DNA from: an uncultured candidate division Zixibacteria bacterium
GTDB lineage: Bacteria > Zixibacteria > MSB-5A5 > UBA10806 > 4484-95
Direction: 5' to 3'
Assembly: GCA_963668625.2 (NCBI GenBank)
Contig: CAXXKA010000008.1
Location: forward strand, 160,001 to 224,000
Length of the DNA stretch: 64,000 bases
Shown here one piece after another: positions 1 to 9,708 of the stretch. The notes under the pieces are model-generated. The model searched no databases. It was not told the DNA's origin and saw only the letters and a list, made by a program, of their open reading frames with translations. Every line of letters begins with the position of its first letter. Position 1 is the first letter of the stretch. A program made the position numbers and the translations under genes.

Positions 1-1701
1 AAAGAGATAGACAAAGCCCGCGAGGATAAAATTCACGCCATGGCCCGTCACGAAGTACCCCATGTGGAGAAAGGCTCGTTTTGGAAATGGCTGGCGGGTT
101 CGCACAACTCCCGACCCGGGATAATAATGCTCGGTCTATTTCTATTCGCTCTGTTGGTATTCACTCCCGCGCCCGATCGTTTGATGACTCTCGTCTCCTC
201 GCAAAAGACCGGCCAGATGAGTGATCCGAATATGGGATATCCCAGTTACGGCCAGATGAAGCAGGGCGATAATATCGCCGACTATTACAGCAGTAAATAT
301 AAGATCGGCAAAACGGTGATAGATGAAAACGGCAAGAAGACTTTCGAGGGCAAAACTCCCGCTCAAGTTGCCACCAAGGCCAAGGTGATGCTGGGAATAT
401 TAGTCATCGCCGCCTTGTTCTGGGCGACCGGAGCGGTGCCTGTCGGCATAACTGCGCTGGCCGTAGGTGTGATAATGTATTTCTTCGGTGTGTTAAAACC
501 AGATGATATCGCCCAGGCCTATGCCAAGGATGCCGTGATATTCATATTCGGTGTGCTGGCGATATCCACCGCCATAAGCAAAACCGGTCTCGACCGTCGA
601 ATAGGTTTACTGCTTTTGGGGCCGGCCAAATCTCTTAAGCTTTTGCTCTTCTTATTCCTGCCCTTATTCGCGATGTCCTGTTCGTTCGTTTCCGAGCACG
701 CTCTCATAGCTTTTATCATGCCGCTTTTCATGATGGTATACATAACCTCGATACGCGCTGTGGGTATCAAGCAGGATAAAGCCCTGGCAACGATGTTCGT
801 GCTTTCGCTATGCTTCGTAGCCAATATTGGCGGGCCGGGCTCGCCGGCGGCAGGCGGCAGGAACGCGGTCATGCTAGGTATACTGACCGATTACGGTATC
901 GCACCCTCGTTCGGAGAGTGGGTTCAGTACGGTTTGCCGTTCGTGCCGGTTATGGCGTTGGCTATCGCGGCTTATTTCTTCATAGTGTTTTCACGTAAGA
1001 TAAAAGTCAAACAACTGGATGTCGCCTCGATCGTCAGGCACGCTTCGGAGAAAATCGGCCCGATGAACAAAAAAGAATATATCACCGCCGTGGGATTGAT
1101 CGTGCTGATACTCCTCTGGATAACGGTTAGCGATAAGTTCGGTATGGGCGGCCCGGTGATATTGATACTCGTCGCGTTAAACATATTCCGCGTTATTCGC
1201 TGGCGAGATATCGCCGCTATCCCCTGGGATGTGGTAGCTCTTTACGCCAGCGCCAGCGCGCTCGGTAAAGGCTTGGCGGTAACCGGTGGAGCGCTTTATT
1301 TAGCCGATAGTTTCATCAGCATTCTGCCTGACTTTTTCACCAGCGGTGAGGGATTGGCGATAGCTACCAGCCTGTTTACCGGTATCACCACCAATTTCAT
1401 GAGCGATGGCGCCACCGTATCTGCTATAGGACCCATCACCGTACCGATGGCGAAAATATCTGGGACGCATCCCTGGATGATCGGCTTCGCCACCGCTTTT
1501 GCCTCCTCGTTCGCTCACATGCTGATTATCGGTACGCCAAACAATGCAATCGCTTACGCTATGGCTAAAGACCCGGTCACCGGTGAGCAGCTCGTTACGC
1601 TGTCTGATTTCTTCAAGCATGGTTTCGCGGTGTTATTGCTGTCGTTCGCCGTGCTCTGGGGATGGGTATTTTTCGGCTACTGGAGAATAATTGGATTTTA
1701 A
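1..1701 (+). CDS. SLC13/DASS family (divalent anion:Na+ symporter) permease, probably 5'-partial
   Basis: Many TM helices; GSPAAGGRN and IGTPNNAI motifs of the DASS family; the frame is open from base 1, so the true start may lie upstream of the window. Confidence 0.85.
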   Translation, partial: KEIDKAREDKIHAMARHEVPHVEKGSFWKWLAGSHNSRPGIIMLGLFLFALLVFTPAPDRLMTLVSSQKTGQMSDPNMGYPSYGQMKQGDNIADYYSSKYKIGKTVIDENGKKTFEGKTPAQVATKAKVMLGILVIAALFWATGAVPVGITALAVGVIMYFFGVLKPDDIAQAYAKDAVIFIFGVLAISTAISKTGLDRRIGLLLLGPAKSLKLLLFLFLPLFAMSCSFVSEHALIAFIMPLFMMVYITSIRAVGIKQDKALATMFVLSLCFVANIGGPGSPAAGGRNAVMLGILTDYGIAPSFGEWVQYGLPFVPVMALAIAAYFFIVFSRKIKVKQLDVASIVRHASEKIGPMNKKEYITAVGLIVLILLWITVSDKFGMGGPVILILVALNIFRVIRWRDIAAIPWDVVALYASASALGKGLAVTGGALYLADSFISILPDFFTSGEGLAIATSLFTGITTNFMSDGATVSAIGPITVPMAKISGTHPWMIGFATAFASSFAHMLIIGTPNNAIAYAMAKDPVTGEQLVTLSDFFKHGFAVLLLSFAVLWGWVFFGYWRIIGF

Positions 1702-1717
1702 ATAAAGGATGGAGCGC

Positions 1718-2206
1718 ATGGAGAAGAAAATAAAACTTCTCATTGTTGATGACGAGGTGCAATTTCTGGAGTCGATCGCCAAGCGATTGGAGCTACGCGA
1801 TTTCGAGGTCACTAAAGCGGCCAACGGCGAACAGGCAATTAAGGCGGCCGAGGATGACAAATTCGACCTCGTGCTTCTGGATTTGAAAATGCCGGGCATG
1901 GATGGTACTCAGGTGTTGGAGGTTTTAAAACGAGAGCACAAATTCCTCGAGGTCATCATCTTGACAGGTCATGGCTCGGTCGACTCGGCGGTCGAATCGA
2001 CCAAACTGGGGGCGTTTAGCTACCTGCCGAAACCGTACGAGTTGGAGAAGCTGCTGGAAACTTTAAAGAATGCCTACAAAACCAGGATGGAGAAGAAATT
2101 CGTCGCCGACCAGGAACGGGCAGCCAAAATCGCAGATATGGCAACCGGCTCCAGCCCGCTGGCAATATTGCGCGAGCTGCGTAAGCTGGATGATGACGAG
2201 AAGTAA
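1718..2206 (+). CDS. Single-domain response regulator (receiver)
   Basis: LLIVDDE, DLVLLDLKMPGMDG, ILTGHG and KP receiver motifs; ATG at 1718 follows GGAG (track start 1709). Confidence 0.9.
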   Translation: MEKKIKLLIVDDEVQFLESIAKRLELRDFEVTKAANGEQAIKAAEDDKFDLVLLDLKMPGMDGTQVLEVLKREHKFLEVIILTGHGSVDSAVESTKLGAFSYLPKPYELEKLLETLKNAYKTRMEKKFVADQERAAKIADMATGSSPLAILRELRKLDDDEK

Positions 2207-2241
2207 TCGAAAGGATTGATATAGTATCATAGATGAAAATT

Positions 2242-2273
2242 AAAACGCCCTATCGGAAACGGTAGGGCGTTTT
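2242..2273. terminator. Bidirectional rho-independent terminator
   Basis: AAAACGCCCTATCG-GAAA-CGGTAGGGCGTTTT hairpin between convergent genes. Confidence 0.75.
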
Positions 2274-2295
2274 GATTTTTGACCTACTCCGGCTG

Positions 2296-3951
2296 TCATC
2301 TTTTTCCCCAAAGCCGTATAGGATTCAAATGTAAATAGAAGGCACCAAAAAGTTTTAATTCGTTCAATGGTATTGGAGTATCTGATTCATTCACAAACAC
2401 GCAGCTAACTTCAGATAAGGGAGTTAACGGTGTATCTTCTTTGTTGTCGAAGTTATACCTGCTCCCATTATACCAAATTGAAAAATGCTTTGCCTTTTGT
2501 ATTGTATATAGCAATTCTGTACTTTTAATTGTTGCATAAACTTTAGTTTTGTAAACCTTTTTTTCGCATTTTTTGAAATCTTTATATACATCATATGAGC
2601 TTGCTGTGGCATAAAAAAACCTGATATTGGATACTTCTCTATTGAGAGAATCAACACCCCAAAAAGTAATTGGCTCGTCATAGTATTCAAATTTCAAATC
2701 TCTAAGTGTTATTATTCTATTAATTGTTGTAGGATGTGAATCCATTGAGCCTGAGTTAAAATTAATTTCCGCTTCGTTATAGGCATATTTTAGTTTATCC
2801 AATACCTTCTTCAAGTAAACATTACTATGGTCATCATAGACTTTGTACATATAAAGTGTTGCTATTTCATCTGCTTCTAACTCAAATCCACGTGAATACC
2901 CGGCCAAAGCAATAGTATTTGATATATTAGTAATCGACTCAGCCAAAGCTAGCGATGTATGAACAGCATCTGCATCTTCGGTAGCTAAACCTACAACGAC
3001 TCCGGTAGCTAATGTTCCAATGATTCCTAATACTTTATTATTCTCTGATTTTATCAGAGTTCTATACCCATGCCTTAACTCAACATGAGCAATTTCATGC
3101 GCTAATACTGCCTCTAATTCTCTTTCATCATCGCACAATTCTATCAGTCCTGAATGAACGAATATTGTACCGGCAGGCAAAGCAACAGCATTTGGATATG
3201 AATTGTCTACAGCAATAAAATTATATTCATAACCTCTTAATTTTAAAGGCCAATTATTTAATATTTTTTGTCCAATGTTCTTACAATAGTCCTGTAAGCT
3301 ATCGTTAACAATTACCATATTATATTTTCTATATTCAGCAGCCGCTGATTGAGCCAATGCAATCTCTTCATCAATGTTAGGAATGTGTTTAACAGCTTTA
3401 AAACAAGATGTACAATATGAGTAATCTTCATAATTACTAAGATTACTTTCAGCGATATAAATAATGTTAGGCGATAAGTGATTACAGCCCCTCAGGTGAA
3501 TTTTCTTTTTATGAGTATCTAACGCGAAATATTGATATTCTTTCTCAGTTTGATTTTTCTCGAATATTCTATCAAACAGAGATAGAATTACTTCCTTTGA
3601 AATTTTAGTCTCTTTAGGCGAAATAATACTAATTTTTTGTTTCCCTGTAACATTATTATCATATTCTATTTCGAATTTAGTATGATTACTGTTTATTTTA
3701 AATTTAGTTATTGATACCATTCTATCTTTTTTATAAAGAAAAACTCTTTTATCATCGAACTGAGCAAATACCATTGAGGTATCATATGGAGGATCTGGGT
3801 ATATTATTCTTGAGTGGTTAATTATCTTCCTTAGCAGAAACTGTCTATTTTCGTAGTCTTCTTTATCTATATCTTGACAAAAAGCTAAAGCGTTGATTAA
3901 AACGCAAGTTAATACAATCAGGAAAGAAATTCTTATAGCATTAGATTTCAT
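2296..3951 (-). CDS. Secreted M48 family zinc metallopeptidase, AT-rich
   Basis: Signal peptide; PNAVALPAGTIFV, LAHEIAHV (HExxH), ELEAD and SHP motifs; Cys/His motif upstream of the protease domain. Confidence 0.85.
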   Translation of the reverse strand: MKSNAIRISFLIVLTCVLINALAFCQDIDKEDYENRQFLLRKIINHSRIIYPDPPYDTSMVFAQFDDKRVFLYKKDRMVSITKFKINSNHTKFEIEYDNNVTGKQKISIISPKETKISKEVILSLFDRIFEKNQTEKEYQYFALDTHKKKIHLRGCNHLSPNIIYIAESNLSNYEDYSYCTSCFKAVKHIPNIDEEIALAQSAAAEYRKYNMVIVNDSLQDYCKNIGQKILNNWPLKLRGYEYNFIAVDNSYPNAVALPAGTIFVHSGLIELCDDERELEAVLAHEIAHVELRHGYRTLIKSENNKVLGIIGTLATGVVVGLATEDADAVHTSLALAESITNISNTIALAGYSRGFELEADEIATLYMYKVYDDHSNVYLKKVLDKLKYAYNEAEINFNSGSMDSHPTTINRIITLRDLKFEYYDEPITFWGVDSLNREVSNIRFFYATASSYDVYKDFKKCEKKVYKTKVYATIKSTELLYTIQKAKHFSIWYNGSRYNFDNKEDTPLTPLSEVSCVFVNESDTPIPLNELKLFGAFYLHLNPIRLWGKR

Positions 3952-4128
3952 TTTTATCCCCTATTTTTATTATTAAAAAAGACGAGATATTACCAACGTG
4001 CTCTATCACTGGTTTGTCTTTTCGTTTTTCTATAATAATTCTAATTGCTTTTCGTATTATTACAAAAATATTTTATATAATTCCATTCTCAATATTTTGC
4101 ATTAATAAAACTAGACCCATATTCCACT

Positions 4129-4187
4129 ATAAAATACTCCCCTCCCCATACATGTCAAGAATTATATTCCTTAATAGGGTGATTAAT
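4129..4187 (-). promoter_or_regulatory. 59-bp promoter-like cassette (TTGACA-16 nt-TATTTT), copy 1, upstream of the M48 gene
   Basis: 52/59 identical by manual alignment to 33087-33145 (+), upstream of the OLD nuclease. Confidence 0.65.
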
Positions 4188-4209
4188 ATTGAATGCCGAA
4201 CGTTTGACT

Positions 4210-4240
4210 AGGTCAAAACCGCAGGGGTTTTGACCTACTC
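4210..4240 (-). repeat. REP-like hairpin family B (GAGTAGGYCAAAACCCCTGYGGTTTTGRCCT)
   Basis: GTAG plus palindrome; other copies at 13189-13219 and 33040-33069, half copy at 2277-2289. Confidence 0.7.
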
Positions 4241-4292
4241 GGCCTTTATATATCCCCGTTTTCCCGGGGATGACAGCCAATGATTCAACTAT

Positions 4293-6884
4293 TTATATCA
4301 CCCTCGCCACCAGCGCGGTGTAGTCATCCGAAAGAGGCACTTCACCAATAAAGCTGTTAACATCCGCCTCGAGCTTTTCAAGTATCTCCGATGTGGGAAG
4401 AGTCAGGTCGGCTATTATCAGCTTCTCGATTCTCTCCTCGCCATACATGTCCTCGATGGAGTTCTCCGCCTCGCTTACGCCATCGGTGTAAAGGAATACG
4501 ATATCACCTTTAGCCAGTTTGACCGTTCCCTGTTCGTAGGGCATATTCGGAAGTGCGCCTAAAAGGAGCCCGCCGGCATCCAGAAGCTCTACCGGCTGAT
4601 CCGCGCCACGGAACACCATAGGCAGGTTATGCCCGGCGTTGACATAGGTAAACAAGCTCTCCGAGGAATCGTACACGCCAACGAAAAACGTGATGAACTG
4701 CCCTGGCGGCGTGTTGCTGTGAATCAGGTTGTTTATGCGATAAACGATATCGGCTATCGATGCGCCCTCTTTGCCGCCGCCTGTTTTCGTACCCAAACCA
4801 ACCGCGGTACGGAACGAGGCCTGAATGTTAGACATCATGAGCGCCGCCGCCGCGCCCTTGCCGGAGACATCCCCGATAGCAACCACCGTGCGATGCTCAT
4901 CGATATTGATGACATCGTAATAGTCACCCGCGACCTCGAGACAGAACTTGCTCTGGGCGGCGATCTCCAGACCCGGCGTTTCGGGTATTTGTCCGGGTAG
5001 AAGTCCCTGCTGGACGGATCGTGCCATGCCCAGTTCTTTCTCCAGGCGGTTCTTCTCGATATTATCCTCCAGTAATTGAAGGTTCTCCGAGGCTACCCCA
5101 ATCTGCGAGGCTAATGACATCAGGATGCTGCATTCCTCGGCGTTGTAATCATCACGCTCGGCTTTGAATCCCAGCCCGATAAAGCCTACGAGTTTCGAGC
5201 GAGTCTCCAGTGGCAGTACGAGCGCGATATTCTGCTGTTGCAACCAGGCTTTCTCCTCATCGGAAAGCTCCATGCGTTTGGACTGCAATACCTCATCCAT
5301 CATTAAGGGGCATGTTTTGAGCCCGTACAGCGTGCGAATAAACGGTCTTTCCTGATCGAACGGCGCTTGAGTCATCTTACGCCAGTGATAGAATGTGCCA
5401 TCCTGCTCGTTATACAAATAGGTATTAACCGCCTCGATTTTCAGCACATCTTTGAGATGGTTTTCCATATCGTTCCAGAATGAGGTTTTATCGGCATAGG
5501 TGACAGCCTGGCTCAAAAAATCACGAAGCATCTCCCGCAGGCGATTTCTTTCGGGGTACATCTTGCGCTCGGCGAACCCCTGAATCTTGCGCTGAGCCGG
5601 CGTGAAACCGATTGCCAGCAAGAGCGCCAACGCCAATGCCGGAGCTCGACTTTCTATGTTGAACGAATCGAGCAGGGTTTCGCTTATGAAATAAATAGCT
5701 ACGTAGAATACAACCAATAGTAATACCGTGAGGAAAGCGAAACGTGTGCCCCGGCGAAGTTTACCCTCTACCTCCAGCAGACGGTATTTCCCGAAAGCGT
5801 ATGCGAACGATATGGGAATCATCAGAAGAAGCAAGAAAATAAAACTGATAATGCCCAATATAACGGTGTAACCAAGACCGGCAAACCAGTCTTTAAAAAC
5901 CAGCGCGATAAGCGCCATGAGAAATAAGCCCGACAACCCGGCGCCGGATCCCCATAGCACCAGTCTTGTCTGCCTTTTCTCTAATGGATCCTTTGCCTTA
6001 GCGTAATTTCTGGAAAGTATAATAAAACCACCCCATACCTGGGCCATTATCAATATAGTTGTTAAGGTTGCCCATATAGATGTTGGAAATACTATGGTTA
6101 AAGCCGCCACAATCACCACAGGCAGGTAAATTAATGTGAGATGTGATAGAAATGGATGCTTTTCAACTAACTTCAACGGTTTGGGAAACAAGAAATTAAG
6201 GTTTAACCAGAATGCGCCAAACAATATTGATATCGGCCTGATTACAGGTTGCAGGTAATCAAGTAATAATATATCCATGCCCCTCATACCATCAAAACTG
6301 ATACTCACCGAGGCAGTTAGAAATCCGGCCATCGAGAAACTGAACAACGATAGCGCGTAAATAGCACCCGCGTTAGGTCGTTTGATAAATGCCCATAAAC
6401 CAACCAACAGGAATCCAATAGCGCCTAAAAAACGTAAGGTTTCTATTATGATATTGGATAATTTATCAGTATTACTTGCCGGTCGAGTTTTCAACACTGC
6501 CGTCAATGTATCCTCACCGTGGACATAATCGAAAATAAGCTCGGTTCCAATAGGCATTCCACGATAAATGTTTCTCAATTCCAGCCTGAATCCGGTCGTG
6601 GTATCAATATCAGCTATAACCAAATCACCGGAATCGGGAATAGTAGAGTTAATATAATCGAGTGAATCAACATGATTAACGATGATCGTGCTGTCTTCGT
6701 TAATCGTGAAACTTGATTGGGGTACGCCTGAGGAAGACCAGACCATTATAGTTGATAAATCATCGACAATAAATAGAACCGTGGTAACTACAGATAATAT
6801 TCCCACTGCAAGAACAATTATTTTCAATACTTTTTTAAGCATAATAAACTCTTTTGGTTTTATTTTTCGCTCTAACTTGACCAA
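4293..6884 (-). CDS. Membrane-bound SpoIIE/RsbU-type PP2C phosphatase with GAF-like domain
   Basis: N-terminal TM region; EVAGDYYD, GDVSGKG, VNAGH, YTDGVSEA and DDYT motifs; start may be 6842. Confidence 0.9.
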   Translation of the reverse strand: MVKLERKIKPKEFIMLKKVLKIIVLAVGILSVVTTVLFIVDDLSTIMVWSSSGVPQSSFTINEDSTIIVNHVDSLDYINSTIPDSGDLVIADIDTTTGFRLELRNIYRGMPIGTELIFDYVHGEDTLTAVLKTRPASNTDKLSNIIIETLRFLGAIGFLLVGLWAFIKRPNAGAIYALSLFSFSMAGFLTASVSISFDGMRGMDILLLDYLQPVIRPISILFGAFWLNLNFLFPKPLKLVEKHPFLSHLTLIYLPVVIVAALTIVFPTSIWATLTTILIMAQVWGGFIILSRNYAKAKDPLEKRQTRLVLWGSGAGLSGLFLMALIALVFKDWFAGLGYTVILGIISFIFLLLLMIPISFAYAFGKYRLLEVEGKLRRGTRFAFLTVLLLVVFYVAIYFISETLLDSFNIESRAPALALALLLAIGFTPAQRKIQGFAERKMYPERNRLREMLRDFLSQAVTYADKTSFWNDMENHLKDVLKIEAVNTYLYNEQDGTFYHWRKMTQAPFDQERPFIRTLYGLKTCPLMMDEVLQSKRMELSDEEKAWLQQQNIALVLPLETRSKLVGFIGLGFKAERDDYNAEECSILMSLASQIGVASENLQLLEDNIEKNRLEKELGMARSVQQGLLPGQIPETPGLEIAAQSKFCLEVAGDYYDVINIDEHRTVVAIGDVSGKGAAAALMMSNIQASFRTAVGLGTKTGGGKEGASIADIVYRINNLIHSNTPPGQFITFFVGVYDSSESLFTYVNAGHNLPMVFRGADQPVELLDAGGLLLGALPNMPYEQGTVKLAKGDIVFLYTDGVSEAENSIEDMYGEERIEKLIIADLTLPTSEILEKLEADVNSFIGEVPLSDDYTALVARVI

Positions 6885-6988
6885 ACCAATATAGTTGACT
6901 TAGTTAATTTTGCCAATAAAAATAAAAGTGTTGCGCTATCTGCCGATCTTTCTTACTATCTGCAAAAATTACAGTTAGGAGAACGTAG

Positions 6989-8839
6989 ATGAACATAGAG
7001 ATAATAAAAGAGTTTTTAGGCCAGGTAGAGCTTCTGAAGCAATTCACGACCGAGGAGTTAGAAACATTCGCAAATGCCGTGGAGCCGCGGGAGTATGAGG
7101 CCAATTCACTTTTATTCGAGGAAAACAGTCCGCGCAAATCCCTTTATTTAATATACAAGGGAGAGATAGAATTATTCAAACGTACCGCGTTCGGCAAGGA
7201 AGAACGTCTGTCTTTTTTCAGTAAATACGATTTTCTGGGCGAAGGCGCTTTCATGGATGACTACCCTCATTCTACTTCAGCCAGAACACTTCTGAACACT
7301 ACCGTATTGGCTATAAGCCGAGATGCCTTTCAGGGGTTAATCCAGACAAACCCGGCAATCGCCGGGAAAATACTTTCGGCGGTCGCTAAGGTTATCTCGA
7401 GGCGGATTCGTCAGGCCAGCACGCGCGTTACCAACATAGCCGCCCAGTATATATCGGGGCGAACCCGACAGGAACACGACCTTCTGGGTAACCGGGATGT
7501 TCCCTACGAATTTTATTACGGCGTGCAGACTCTTCGCGCTACCGAGAATTTCAATATCAGCGGTATATCGTTAACCCAGTTTCCTACGTTAATTGTGGCG
7601 CTGGCGATGGTAAAACTGGCTGCCGCAGAGGCTAATTTCGAGCTGGGGTCGTTGTCCAGCCCGATCAGGGATGCCATAGTGCAAGCCTGTAACGAGATCA
7701 TAAACGGGCGGTATCACACACAATTCGTCGTCGATATGATACAGGGCGGAGCCGGCACCTCCACGAACATGAACGCTAACGAGGTTATCGCTAACAGGGC
7801 TTTGGAGATATTGGGCTACGAACGCGGTGACTATAAATACTGCCACCCCAACAACCATGTCAACCTGTCACAGTCTACCAATGACGCTTACCCGACCGCC
7901 TTGAAAATCGCCCTTATATATTCCAACGAAAAGTTGGTAAAAGTATTGAAGCAGTTATCCGATTCGTTTTATGATAAAGCGAAGGAGTTTGCCGAGATCA
8001 TCAAGATGGGACGCACCCAGCTTCAGGATGCCGTACCGATGACACTGGGACAGGAGTTCGAGTCGTACGGTTCTACACTAGAGGAGGAGATTGAGCGTTT
8101 GAACACCAACGCCGAGTTGTTCCTCGAAATGAATATGGGGGGCACCGCTATCGGCACCGGTATCAATGCCGACCCCAATTACTCCAGGAAAGTGATCGAG
8201 CACCTCAAGGAGATTACCGGTCTCGAGGTCAGCCTGGCCCCGAACCTGGTCGAGGCAACTCAGGACACCGGGGCGTTCGTGATGTATTCCTCGGCTATCA
8301 AACGCCTGGCGGTTAAACTTTCGAAAATTTCCAACGATTTACGCCTTTTATCCTCGGGACCTCGGGCCGGTTTCAACGAGATAAACCTTCCTCCAATGCA
8401 ACCTGGCTCCTCGATAATGCCCGGCAAGGTCAATCCGGTAATCCCCGAGGTGGTAAACCAGATTGCCTTTAAAGTAATCGGTAATGATCTAACCGTCACC
8501 CTGGCGGCGGAGGCCGGTCAACTCGAGCTTAATGTGATGGAGCCGGTGATCGCCCAGAGCACGTTCGAGTCAATCGAGATGTTGAAAAACGGTATGGCCA
8601 CGTTGAAATATCGCTGCGTGGATGGTATAACCGCCAACGCGGAACATTGCCGGAAGGTGGTGCAGAACAGTATCGGGCTGGTGACGGCGCTTAATCCCGC
8701 GCTTGGCTATGAAACATGCTCATCACTGGCAAAAGAGGCGCTGGAAACCAACCGGGGCGTTTACGAACTGGTGATCGAGAGAAATCTGCTTTCCAAAGAG
8801 GAACTGGATAGACTTCTGGCGCCGGAGAATATGGTTTAA
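6989..8839 (+). CDS. aspA: Aspartate ammonia-lyase with N-terminal cyclic-nucleotide-binding domain
   Basis: GSSIMPGKVNP, GAGTSTNMNANEV and KMGRTQLQDAVP motifs; N-terminal ~145 aa has cNMP-fold motifs (LYLIYKGEI, FLGEGAF, HSTSART). Confidence 0.9.
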   Translation: MNIEIIKEFLGQVELLKQFTTEELETFANAVEPREYEANSLLFEENSPRKSLYLIYKGEIELFKRTAFGKEERLSFFSKYDFLGEGAFMDDYPHSTSARTLLNTTVLAISRDAFQGLIQTNPAIAGKILSAVAKVISRRIRQASTRVTNIAAQYISGRTRQEHDLLGNRDVPYEFYYGVQTLRATENFNISGISLTQFPTLIVALAMVKLAAAEANFELGSLSSPIRDAIVQACNEIINGRYHTQFVVDMIQGGAGTSTNMNANEVIANRALEILGYERGDYKYCHPNNHVNLSQSTNDAYPTALKIALIYSNEKLVKVLKQLSDSFYDKAKEFAEIIKMGRTQLQDAVPMTLGQEFESYGSTLEEEIERLNTNAELFLEMNMGGTAIGTGINADPNYSRKVIEHLKEITGLEVSLAPNLVEATQDTGAFVMYSSAIKRLAVKLSKISNDLRLLSSGPRAGFNEINLPPMQPGSSIMPGKVNPVIPEVVNQIAFKVIGNDLTVTLAAEAGQLELNVMEPVIAQSTFESIEMLKNGMATLKYRCVDGITANAEHCRKVVQNSIGLVTALNPALGYETCSSLAKEALETNRGVYELVIERNLLSKEELDRLLAPENMV

Positions 8840-8857
8840 CAAGCTATTAAATATGAC

Positions 8858-8903
8858 AAAACATAGCTCAGGATGCCGTACCTTCCATCCTGAGCTATGT
8901 TTT
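8858..8903. repeat. Hairpin repeat family C (CAGGATG-YCGTACCTTC-CATCCTG); this copy probably also terminates aspA
   Basis: Other copies at 13240-13271 and 14556-14587 share the loop and have covarying outer stems. Confidence 0.7.
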
Positions 8904-9259
8904 AATTAGCAATCAGGTTACGCCTAATCGGGGCGTGCCTGCCAGCCGAATGACTGGCCCGCGTATTGACATACTCGGCACGTCATAAGAGCAGGCTAAT
9001 CCCCTGCGGTATTGACTATCGACATGGATTAACTCAATATCATGTTGTAGTTGCGAATTCAACTTTAACGACTATAATGACGTAAAAATGTCAATTGTCA
9101 CGGGGGTTTAGCCAGGCAGATTGCTTTTTGAAATTGCCGATGTCGAGAATTCCGACTACTCTTATCCAATGAGTTACATTTTTAACTGAATATAAAAAAG
9201 GAATGAATAATTATCGCATCACGCTTAAAGAATGACATTTTTAAAATATTATTCGTTTT

Positions 9260-9513
9260 CACCATTGTCCGGCCTTCCCATCTCGTTGCGAAGCGCTGCT
9301 TCGCAACGTGACTTTTGGGCCGGCAAAATGCGCATTCTACATGACACAAGAAGGTTTCCAGGCAGCGCTTGGAAACCAGGGAACTAAGCCTAACATAGGC
9401 AGGACATATCAGGATGCATGATACGCTGAATATATAATTATATCGGAAAAAATCTTTCACTAACAATTCCAAGGAGAATTTTAAAATTTACTGAAAAACA
9501 CCGGACACTAGTG
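9260..9513. mobile_element. IS4-type MITE, copy 1 (254 bp)
   Basis: Ends CACCATTGTCCGG...CCGGACACTAGTG; 9-bp target duplication ATTCGTTTT on both sides. Confidence 0.85.
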
Positions 9514-9708
9514 ATTCGTTTTAGTTTTATATCTTTCCACCACATTCATGATTCGCAGTATTCCGTATCAAAGGCTTTAATATTCCTTAAGCGATAATCG
9601 TCTATTACTCAGGGCAAACTTCCACAGGGCCGGTGGCTTTTAAGATCAATAAAAAAGCAGGCCGAACAAAGACCTGCTTCGAAATTGAACTTGATAATAT
9701 CATTAGCT

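Noticed and set aside
9182-9472. 96-aa ORF and the similar 105-aa ORF at 27725-28042
   Set aside because: Both are read-throughs of the non-coding MITE
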